From: Heterostelium pallidum
Lineage: Eukaryota
Assembly (NCBI RefSeq): GCF_000004825.1
Contig: NW_008805086.1
Span: 965,410 to 1,029,409 of the forward strand
Length of the DNA stretch: 64,000 nt
Direction: 5' to 3'
In this document: one piece after another, positions 25,036-35,821 of the stretch
How positions within the stretch are numbered: position 1 is the first letter of the stretch
Layout of the letters: each line of letters begins with the position of its first letter
Notes under the pieces: model-generated
What the model was told of the DNA's origin: nothing
The model's input: the letters and a program-made list of their open reading frames with translations, nothing else
The model's database searches: none
Made by a program: the position numbers and the translations under genes

Positions 25036-25915
25036 ATGACTTCAAAGATTGCATTGGTAACTGGATCGAATCAAGGTATTGGATTTTGGATTGCAAAGAA
25101 ATTGGCGTTGAACAGTATCAAAGTTATTGTTGCTGCTCGTGACTCGACCAGAGGAGAAGCTGCCGTAAAGGAACTCGAAGCTGAGACCAAACAGAGTTTG
25201 GACTTTGTTCAACTCGATATCTCTGACCATGAATCCGTAAAGAATGCCGCTCACGCCATCCAAACCAAATACGGTCAAATCGATATACTTGTAAATAACG
25301 CTGCAATTGCAATCAATCGTGATTTCAGTCATGAATTATTCAAGTAAGTTAAAGAGATAAAAAGAAAAAAGTAATCTAGATAAAACAAAAAATTAATTTA
25401 TTTCTTTTTTAAATTAAAATAATAGAACTACTTTTGCACCAAATTATTTCGGTACTTTGGATGTAATCGATAACTTCTTGCCATTGATAAAGAAGAATGG
25501 TGTCATTGTAAATGTATCGAGTCAAGCTGGTGCATTGAATATTCTGAGTAGCGAAGATCTGAAGAAGCAATTTAGCAAAGAAGATATTACAGAGCAGGAA
25601 TTGAAGCAATTGCTTTCTGAATACGACGCTGCCATTCTAGATGGTACCTACAAAGAGAAGGGTTGGCCAACTACAGCCTATGGAGCATCGAAATTATTCT
25701 TAACCGCTCATTCCAGAGCATTAGCACACCAAGATCGTTTAAAGAGCAATGGTATCACTATTTTCGCTTGCTGTCCAGGATGGTGTAAAACTAATATGGC
25801 TGGTTTCGAAAAACCACCACGTACCGCTGAACAAGGTAGTGAAAAGGCCGTCGAGCTTGCACTTGGCAAAGTTCCAAACGCAATCAGTGGTCATTTCTAT
25901 ACCTCAACCAATTAA
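25036..25915 (+). CDS. Carbonyl reductase [NADPH]-like short-chain dehydrogenase/reductase. Exons are join(25036..25343,25426..25915).
   Basis: TGSNQGIG NAD(P)-binding motif, NNAA, catalytic YGASK and ACCPGWCKTNMAG (compare CBR1 ACCPGWVRTDMAG). One 82-nt GTAAGT...AATAG intron keeps phase. Confidence 0.85.
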
Positions 25916-26188
25916 ACTTATTTAAATAAAAAAAAAAACAAATCTAATACAACTATAATATTGTTCTGATCTAGATTTCCTTTCTTTTATATCTTTAATA
26001 TTAAAATTTTTAAACTAAACTATTTATTGAGTAATGACTATTAATATAATATCTTTTTTTTTGTCGATATTGAGTTCATCAAGAAATTTAGTGAAAAACA
26101 CTCATCAATCAATCAATCCTTCATTTATTTTTTTTGTGTTAGACACACTGTTGAAGCTACTTATAATATTAAAACCCTTTTCTAATAG

Positions 26189-27597
26189 GTAAAACTTAAA
26201 AAGAAAGTAACAACGCAACAACCAAAACAACAACAACAACCAATACAACAACAACCATCAATAAAATGTGTAGTATGTTCTAATGCACCAACAGAAGTTA
26301 ATACATTCGATGTATGTGTTAACTGTGAGAGTCATTATCACTCGAAAACATGTTGTAGAGTGCATGACCATCAAAGATTATGTATAAATTGTTTTGTAAA
26401 TGTATCTAAAGGTGTAAGTAAAATCTTTGTTTAATATTAAAATTAGAATAATTAGAACAACTTTAACTGATAAACTATCTATAAATACTCTAATTAATTA
26501 GTCAAATAGATCACTTAGCTATCAAATTAAACAAATTGCAAAAGGTGAGATAAAGTTAGATAAAGAAAGAGTAACTAGAGGAAAGGTTATACAGGGATTG
26601 TCAGATGATGAATCAGACCCAAAGAATGGATCGAAAGACCAAGACTATGTTCCTCCAAAGCTATCAAGTAGTCACTTTGATAGCTATCAAGATGCATCTG
26701 ATTTTACATTTGCAATGTCAAACGTAAGTAGTTAAATCTTAATAATTTCACACACTCTCTCTCTTTTTGACTAAAACATTTTATATATATCTGTACTTTT
26801 CTAGAAAATAACATTGACATTTCCAAATCAACAAATACCAGTTGGTTTGAATGGAAGTGCAGGTGTTGCGGCAGCAGCAGATCAATATGCCTATATGAAT
26901 GGTGGTGGTGGTGCAGTTGATGATGCATTCATCGATAAGATCTATAGGAATCTCGGCGAGGAGAACAGTATATTGTTTAAGCACGCGCGTTATCAAAACT
27001 TTGTTAGATACAGATCGTCTATGAGCGAGATATTCAATGTGGCTACGCGTCACAATGAGAATCTGCTCGAGCCTATTATCGGGTTCATCACTGATGCCTA
27101 TCCAGAGATGACAGTGGAGACTACACGAAATCTAATAACAAAGCAACATCAACACCGACAGGAACGACACAACAGTATGCTGTTCTACGAGAATCTGCCG
27201 GCGGTAGTACTCTACACAGGAACGACTACACCGGACATTGTCAATCTCTTCCAGAAGATCGGTCACGGTGTATCGTTTAAACTAAGAAAACAAGTGCATT
27301 CGACCAGTCACAATCTATCGCCTGACCTCTTAGTTCCACCCATAGCATCATTATCATACGAGCATTGTCTAACGTTAAATGCTGCCATTCGTGCATTGTG
27401 TCATCAACTTATATCTTATAAGTCTAACAACAATAATAACAATACTAATAATAGTAATGATAATCATAAAGATAGTAATAATAACACACAACAATATCAA
27501 GACTATCAAGATGATGATTCTCAAATGGATATCGATACTGCACCTGATTTCCAACCTACCAACACCACTACTACAACTGCTAATGGTGAGAACAACG

Positions 27598-27649
<52 letters not shown>

Positions 27650-30456
27650 CAGTAGTAATAATAATAGTTCGACGACGACAACAACAACAACAACAAAAAC
27701 TAATTTAAACAGTAGAATACCACCGAATAAAGGTAATACAGGTGGAGGTATACCAAACTTTATTGAGTTGGAGCAATGGTATCTGGAAAACTATCATCTT
27801 CCATTGATACAAAATAGAATCAATGAATTCATAAGAAACAATCCAATCGATGAAAATGACCAAGATAACACTGACTATTATCAAAAGTTAAATACTCTAT
27901 CAATGCCAAGAGTATCACCGATTATCATCATCGAGAATTTTGAATCTTGGGACAGTCAAATCATACAAGATCTTTTATATTTATTAAGGTAACTATATAT
28001 CAAGTTATTAATATTATCATTTTAATTGCAGTAATACTTATTATAATATATCCATATATCTAAATAGTACATATAGACAAAGTATACCATTTGTAGTTAT
28101 TTTCTCAATCTCAACAACAGAAGATACTATATATAATACATTATCCTATGAAACAATATCGATGTTAAATATTAAATCATTCTCACTATCTCCTCAGACT
28201 CAGCTGTTTGAGAGATTCGTTTACGATATCTTTGTAAAGGATCAGCTGATATCATTTGGCCCACAAGTCTACAAGTTCATCTATGAAAGCTTTAAGAGCA
28301 ATCATCTCTCTGTTATCTACACAACAAGACAGCTGCTCTATTCAATTCACGAACATTTCTACTATAATACCTTTAGTTTCCTTTGTTACGACGATGTAAT
28401 CAACCTGAAAAAGCAAAAGACTACCAATGCTCAGATTGGATTCAAAGCATCCGCTAGAAGTGGTACCTATCGTTACAAGTATGGTGATGATGAAGATGAT
28501 GAAGCTGAATCATATCACTTTGATTACAACACCAAGAAAAACAACAATAATAATAATAATAATAATAATAATAAGAGTAGTAATAGTAGTAACCAAAGAC
28601 GTAGTAAAAATAGAGATGAAAGTGAAGAGGATGAGTTGGATGAGCAAAAGCAAATCGATGATGACAACAACGATAACAACACCGAGAAGGAAGAAGAAGA
28701 AGAAAAAGTGGAAGTAGAAGATGAAGAGGAGGATGAAGACGATGCAGATAATAATGATATCGTATTTAGGTTGACCAATTGTCGTTCAGAGTATACCGGC
28801 TCTGATAGTACTGACAACCAGACATCTTATACCGACGATAACTCTGACTCTGACACTCTAGAATACCAAAGACTGATGACTTACAACAGTAACTATTACA
28901 ATCAAAACAATCAGCAATATCGTAGCATTGTTCCACTGTCTCAGCTGAGTAACACCACTCAACAACAACAGCAGCAGCAACTCTACCGTCAATCTGCACT
29001 TCCACTGAAGGATCTCAGTAAGGATCACATCACTCGAATTCTGCAGACAAAGTCGGTGGTCGATGACATGAAGACATGGGATCCTGCACTTAAAAAGAAG
29101 TGTTTGAACCGACCGAATAGCATCCGCTATGTCATTCCAGTGTGGATCGAGAATCTCTTTGCAATTCGATATATTAAACAACATTGTATCGAGTGTTACT
29201 ATATCATACTGCAACTGATGTATCCAAATATTCTCTACAGTGATATACTCTATCATTTCGCAAACAAAGATTACAATACTCTTACACAACTAAAAAGATT
29301 CTTAAAGTTTGTATAATAAGAGATTAACTGAAAAAACTAATTAATTGGTTAATTCTAACATTTATAAATATTGTAGTAAAGAGAAACCAGATAATTTAAT
29401 TATGATTGTTTCAAAGTGGATTGGTATATTGACAAAGTTAATCGATCACACATACTATCCAGAGAGATATCAGATGTTTGCAACTACTATACTTGGTAAA
29501 GAACCAAACTTTAATAACTTTGTTAGAACTCAACGTGCAGTCTCTAAATACATCGAAGATTGTAAATTGGTTATACAATATCTAAAGGAATCGATGAATG
29601 AAGCAATGAGTAGCAAAACAGCAACCACTAAAGAAGATCATAACGACACCACCGATCAATCTAAAACATCTACAAATCAAAAGAAGAGAGTGTAAGTTTA
29701 ACTATCTATCTATTTAAAAAGGATTAATGATCAATCATTCTAACATATTATTATTATTATTATTATTATTATTTTTAAAAAGTGATAGATCAAAACGTTC
29801 TAACCAAAAAAAGAAAGAAGCAACTCACCATGAAATGGCATTAATGAAATTGAATGAATTATTGAATATTTTCATTTAGTAAGTTGTTATTTATTAATAT
29901 AGTTGCAACCTTTTTGAAACAGATAACTAATTAATTGATTTTATTTATTTTTAAAGCGATTATATTGATAGAGATTTAAGTTCGTTGCCGATGAGTGAGA
30001 TATATCATAGTGATCGTATTGATAAGCTGAGCAAAGTATTCAATGTAAATCATACACAAGACATCAAAAAGCAGATAATGAACTCCTCAGAGATATTAGG
30101 TTGCACCAAACCAAGATGTTGTGGAAACAATGATCCAAAGAAAGCTGGTACCACACCTAAAAATACACCAAAGACAGAGGATATCACGATTATGTATTCA
30201 CTCTACACAGAGTTTGGTAGATTTATCAATCTTTATGATTGGCTAACTTCGTTCTGTATGGTTTTCAACAACACCGGTGAACATACTCCAGAACTACAGT
30301 ATTTATCAAAACAATAATTATAATTGTAACTATACTAACTTGATTAATACCATGTATAGAGCTAGATTTTCATCGTCATTAGATATTTTACAATATCTTG
30401 GACTTATACAACGAACAAATAAGAGAACTGACCATGTTATTAAAATCCACTATTGA
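26189..30456 (+). CDS. orcC: Origin recognition complex subunit 3. Exons are join(26189..26413,26502..26723,26805..27988,28077..29306,29377..29691,29783..29878,29957..30298,30360..30456); one or more 5' exons carrying the ATG are unresolved.
   Basis: The ORC3 family match runs along the protein: LFKHARYQNFVRYRSS, IIIIENFESWDSQIIQDLLYLL, IPFVVIFSISTTEDTIY, the C-terminal GRFINLYDWLTSFCMVF, and the terminal ARFSSSLDILQYLGLIQRTNKRTDHVIKIHY (compare human [31 protein letters not shown]). All eight junctions keep phase. The first resolved exon encodes a Cys-rich finger CVVCSNAPTEVNTFDVCVNCESHYHSKTCCRVHDHQRLCINC. Intron 4 needs a non-consensus GTTTGT donor. Confidence 0.75.
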
Positions 30457-30466
30457 ACATATATAG

Positions 30467-30669
30467 GATTTGACTTTATCAACATTAACATAATCAAAAC
30501 AGTACACAATGACTCATCAGATATAACAGGAGTTTAACTATACTTTTAGTATAAAATAACTCTTAATGATGACACATTTGTTAATATCATCCCAATGATT
30601 AAACATGGTCTGGAAAGGTAGTTAACTTGAAGGACTTGTCTGATTAAATATCTCATCATAAAATAAATA
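30467..30669. repeat. Left arm of a ~203-bp inverted repeat, which is also the ORC3 3' UTR.
   Basis: The reverse complement of 31887-32089 matches 30467-30669 with only 2-3 mismatches over ~203 bp. Confidence 0.85.
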
Positions 30670-31288
30670 CATGTTCTATTTTTATTTATGTTAAACACTC
30701 CATTGAGGTAAATCTTATTTATTAAAAAAATAATTCAATTAGATTCATTGATTCTGTTAACATATCCACAAATCTAGTAATTAAAACATAAAAAAAAAAT
30801 TATCTAAACATGTGTTTTAAAATATAAAAACAACGTAAAAATAAAGATATTAATCACAACTAATATATTTTCAAAAACTTAGTAATAATAACAAATAAAA
30901 TAAGATGTATTAAATAAAACAACCACATAATATAATATTTATTTGTAAAAATTCAATCATTTTTTTGTACAGAAATCATATAAAGATTATTAATAATAAA
31001 TATAACCTTGAATATGATTATAATTTATGTAGTCTAATATATATTTTTAAAACAATGGTAATAATAATAGACTGTAAAAGCAGTCTCATTAGTTTACGTA
31101 TTATTGTACAACCTCTTAAAGAATGAGTCATGCCTATTACCTTTCTATTCTCAGTTTGTAAATATTAGTTCAACTGTTGTTTATATGTGTAGAATCTAAC
31201 TTTATAGAATGTATTTAAACAAGTTATTCTCATTACTTTTAAATCATTCAAAAAATAACTTTATTTAAACAATAGTTTTCTAAACAAA

Positions 31289-31753
31289 ATGAAGATTGCA
31301 TTATTTTCTCTATTATTGGTTGCTTTGACATGTTTGTCAGCAGTAAACTCAACATTTGTTGTTGGTACATGTGATTCAAGCAAGTGTGGTGCCGGTCAAG
31401 TTTGTATCTGTGAAGGTGGTGTCAGTCACTGTGTCTTGTTGGATCAATGCCATGATGTTGCCATCGTCCAAACCATTGAACACAGTTGGGTTGAGAATGG
31501 TCAATCATTCACTTTATACCGTGTCCACGTCTTCAACTATGGTCCAAGAACCTTGAAGAACATTGCCATCCAAACTGATTGCACTTTGGACCCACGTGAT
31601 CAAAACTCTGTCTGGAACATCGAATATCACAATGGATTCTTCTCACTTCCATCATATGGTCAAGGTATTGCCACTGGTAAAGAGTTTGTCTTTGGATACA
31701 TTGATCGTGGTATGCGTTCTCCAAATCTCTTTATCCGTGCTCTCCAATATTAA
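31289..31753 (+). CDS. Small secreted Cys-rich protein, 154 aa, possibly with a carbohydrate-binding-like beta domain.
   Basis: ATG in an aaaATGa context. Signal peptide MKIALFSLLLVALTCLSAVNS, then six Cys in ~30 aa (TCDSSKCGAGQVCICEGGVSHCVLLDQCH), then a Trp/Tyr-rich domain. Single exon, lying between the two inverted-repeat arms. Confidence 0.6.
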   Translation: MKIALFSLLLVALTCLSAVNSTFVVGTCDSSKCGAGQVCICEGGVSHCVLLDQCHDVAIVQTIEHSWVENGQSFTLYRVHVFNYGPRTLKNIAIQTDCTLDPRDQNSVWNIEYHNGFFSLPSYGQGIATGKEFVFGYIDRGMRSPNLFIRALQY

Positions 31754-31799
31754 ATTTAAATAAATCAATATTTATTTTTTTTCCTTGAATTAAATTGTA

Positions 31800-31864
31800 A
31801 ATTTAATTATGATTGTTTCAAAGTGGATTGGTATATTGACAAAGTTAATCGATCACATACTATC
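31800..31864. repeat. Duplicated fragment of ORC3 exon 5 (source ~29393..29459).
   Basis: 'aatttaattatgattgtttcaaagtggattggtatattgacaaagttaatcgatcaca(ca)tactatc' occurs in both places, identical apart from a 2-bp deletion. Confidence 0.8.
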
Positions 31865-31886
31865 AATTTGTTTTTTTTATCTTTTA

Positions 31887-32089
31887 TTTATTTTATGATG
31901 AGATATTTAATCAGACAAGTCCTTCAAGTTAACTACCTTTCCAGACCATGTTTAATCATTGGGATGATATTAACAAATGTGTCATCATTAAGAGTTATTT
32001 TATACTAAAAGTATAGTTAAACTCCTGTTATATCTGATGAGTCATTGTGCACTGTTTTGATTATGTTATTGTTGATAAAGTCAAATCTT
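31887..32089. repeat. Right arm of the inverted repeat, an inverted copy of the ORC3 3' UTR.
   Basis: See the left arm at 30467..30669. Confidence 0.85.
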
Positions 32090-32378
32090 ATGGGAATAGA
32101 TTGGACGAATACTGAAAAAAAAACTTTTTTTGTAGCGAAAAAAAAATAACGGAAAAAAACGAACGAAACAGAAGTTCGTCTATCCTGTTATAAATAAAAT
32201 TAGAAAATAACTTAAATAATAATAAAAGAATCTAATAATAAATTTAATTGTCTGATTTCATAGTTAATCATTGTGGTTGATTCATTTACATTTTTTCTAA
32301 GCAGTATCTTTCCATTAGTTTTTTTTTAATATTTTTTGATTTGATTTAACTTATAATCAGCAAAGTTAAATATTTAAA

Positions 32379-33682
32379 ATGGAATCAAATAATAATAACA
32401 ACAATAGTAGAGATATTTTATTTAAAGAAAGAAAAGATAAATGTCAATTTGCTAGATGGTATAGCACATTTAGACGATTGACATTTGAGAGTGTTATCAT
32501 TGAATTGCCAAAGATCGTAGTGGATTACTTGAATTCCGATCACTTCTCAACAGAGACAACATCGTTCCCAAAGTACAAGTTGGACGATTATGAAGATGAC
32601 ATTGGTGACGATGATGAACAATGGTCCACTCCTGTAGGAAAGAGTAAAGAATCATCAATGTTTAATAAGAAATATTATCAATCTTATGATTCAGATGATG
32701 ATACTGATGATTCAGATGATGATAAAGTAGAAGATAATAATAACAATAATAGAACCAATGAAGTAAAGATAGATCCACAACAACTAAAGAGTTTTACAGA
32801 CAAAATAGATGAAGCAATCAAGAAACTAGGTGGTGAATGTGTTCCAAAGTTGAATTGGTCATCACCGAAAGACGCTACTTTCATGAACATCCACGCCAGT
32901 CTAAGATGTTCTAGCAGTTCAGATATACTATTACTCCTAAAGAGTTCTGATTTTATTAATCATGATCTCGCTCAATTGTAAGTAGGGTAGAACCATCCAC
33001 AACAACTGACAGCATTATGGAAATTACAAACTAACAATCACAACATTTTAGTGATAATGATATTAAAGATTTACAACCAGATGATATTACACCACTAACA
33101 TTGGTACTGAGAAGATGGGCAAACGTAAATATTGCATTGGAATTTAGATGTTTCATTAAAGACAATCAATTGATTGCAATTAGTCAACGTGATACCTCTG
33201 CATTCTTTGATTTCCTGCCAGCAAAGAAAGAATTAATACAATCAAAGATCAAATCATTCGCAGAACAACATATTATTAACAAATTCAATGATGTTTCATG
33301 TAAGTTGATCAAATAACAATCAATTAGATAGCAATTTAATTAACTTTATTATTATTATTACGTTTGTTTAGATTGTTTCGATGTATGTTTCTTGGATACC
33401 AATTTAAATACGGTTACATTGATGGATTTCAATCCGATTCATCCTTCGACAGACAGTTTACTTTTTGATTGGTACGAGTTGTTCCCAGAGGAATTGGAAC
33501 ATCAAGAGATTGATGAATCTGTGAAACCATTGGAACATTTCGAATTTAGAATAGTGGAGAGCAACGAAGGTATAAGACCTAATCTATCAATGTCAAGTCG
33601 ATTACCAAGTGATCTTGTCAACATGCAATCAACTTCTGAAATCAATGAAATGTTATCGAAATTTAAAGATCACAAAATATAA
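32379..33682 (+). CDS. cdc123: Cell division cycle protein 123 (CDC123/D123). Exons are join(32379..32977,33052..33299,33372..33682).
   Basis: Family motifs CQFARWYSTFRRLTFESVIIELP, CVPKLNWSSPKDA...LLLLKSSDFINHDL, LRRWANVNIALEFRCFIKDNQLIAISQRD and DFNPIHPSTDSLLFDWYEL. Two GTAAGT introns (74 and 72 nt) keep phase. Confidence 0.85.
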
Positions 33683-33785
33683 TAATAATAACAATAATAA
33701 ATAATATTAAAGAAATAAAAACAAACAAAACAAAACAAAAATGACTATTGATACATGTCGTTATATATTTTATTTAATATTATTT

Positions 33786-34969
33786 TTATATCTGATCTTC
33801 AGGTGATAACTCTAAGAATGTAGCATAACTTGTTTGTGTTCCGTATCTAGTTACACAGATCGCTGCAACATTGCATGCTCGTTCTATAGACTCTGCCAGT
33901 GGTAACATGCTGGTGGTTAGGTAGTGTGCCAATGCACCGATAAAAGAATCACCAGCACCGGTCGTGTCAACTACAGGTTTACCCATGGTGGCATTATCAC
34001 GATGTTTAATATGCTGATATTTATCTATAGATAGTCTGTTCACCAAAACACATCCTTTTGCACCGAGAGTAACAATTACATCGCTAACCATTATATGTAA
34101 TCTGAGCAACTCACGAGCTCCATGATGTACTGACTCTAGATTCTCGACATCCACTTGATGATCATTCGACAACTTGATCAGTTCAACTTCATTAACAATT
34201 AAAATATCTACGCAACCCAACATATTCATCAACATCTCTGTGTCATTTGTAACTGGTGATACATTTAATATTGTTTTACACTATTATAGATATTAATTTT
34301 TTTAAAGAGAAATGAAATATGAAGGATTTTAGTTTGTTTTTTTTCTTTTAGATATAATATTCTACTGATATAACAATAACATTGTACAATTCAACTAGTT
34401 ACCTTTGATTCTTTTGCAATTGATAATGCTTTCAATGTTGTCTTTAGATTTACTTCAAGTTGACAGAGAAGATAGGATGCATTTTGTATGGTTTTAGTTG
34501 CTTCTATTACATCTTGCTCTCCTAGTAGATCGTTTGATCCACCGACTATAATGATGTTGTTTGATCCCTCTTTGTCGACGGTGATAGATGCACAACCTGA
34601 AGGAACACCAGGTACAATATTTACATGTTCAACAGAGACACCTCTAATCTTAAAGTTATTCAATGTATTATTACCAAATACATCGTCACCCAGCTTTGTA
34701 ATTATATACTATAGTAGTAGTGGTAGTGGTATAATATGTAATACTATATTAATATTCAAATGAATCAATAGCTAAACAACTCTACTACCTACAGATTTTG
34801 TGTTTAATAGAGATGCTTGAACTGCTTGGTTGGCAGCTTTGCCACCAAACGACACTTTGAAATCAGTTCCCTTTATAGTTTCACCAATAACAGGGATTCT
34901 GTCACAATAAGTAAACATATCCCAATTGGATGCACCAATTACACAAATATATCTCTCTTGTCGTTCCAT
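33786..34969 (-). CDS. rbsk: Ribokinase (PfkB family). Exons are complement(join(33786..34280,34403..34708,34793..34969)).
   Basis: GGKAANQAVQA, the anion-hole motif DTTGAGDSFIGAL, and overall collinearity with E. coli RbsK (KTILNVSP versus KTIVALNPAP). Introns of 84 and 122 nt (GTAGGT and GTAACT donors). The start is taken at the second in-frame ATG (aaaATGg); an alternative ATG lies at 35002. Confidence 0.85.
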
Positions 34970-35821
34970 TTTCTTTATTATTATCAAAATATATCTAAAC
35001 AAAAAGTTTTAACTCATTTTTTTGTTATTTTTTTTTCATTGCAACATTTTTTGTTAAAAAAAAATTACAATGATAATGGATAGTGGTGCAACATGTTCAA
35101 CAGCAATCAATAGTTGAATAAGAATATTTAGAGTGTCATCAATTGTTTAATAATGTATTACATTGTTCTAGTTTATTTTGATATTTGATGATGTAATACC
35201 GCGTTTTAGATATTTTTAGTCAACCTGGGTTGTTCCCAAAATCAAAAAAGAATTGTTCAAAAATACGACATGCAACAGAAAAAAAATCTTAAACCTCTAT
35301 CGAAAAGTTTGTCTCCCTTTTTTAATTTCGTTTTTAAAAAAAAAAACGGATCTTTGTTAATTTTATACCTTTTTTTTTTAATTACTTTTGTTTCAACATT
35401 TCAAATCTTATTATCAAAAATATTATATAATGATATATTAATATTTCAAATCGATATTAAATAACAATCTTAAATATTAGTTTGTTTTACTTTTTTTTTT
35501 TTTAAAATCAAAAATAAATAATATCTTTTTTTCTTCTTTTGTTGTTTTTTCCCATTGTATAGACACCATTTCACACCACACATCTCACCTTATTTATACT
35601 ATTTCTTAAGAACGACAAAGTACATACACATCACATACTCTTTTTATAATTTAGAGTAAATATAAAAATATAGTGTATTATTTAGTTATAGATACAGATA
35701 TATATATATATAAATAGTCTCTTTTTTTTTTTTTTTGTTTTTGTTTTTTTTATTTATAGTGTTTATATATTATTTTTTTTGTTTTGATCAATGACAAAAA
35801 AAGTTACCATTTCAGAATAGG

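Noticed and set aside
30299-30317. The ORF-track ending of ORC3 at '...ELQYLSKQ*' (30317).
   Set aside because: Those codons are read-through into a 61-nt GTATTT...TATAG intron. Splicing at 30298|30360 gives the conserved ORC3 C-terminus ARFSSSLDILQYLGLIQRTNKRTDHVIKIHY.
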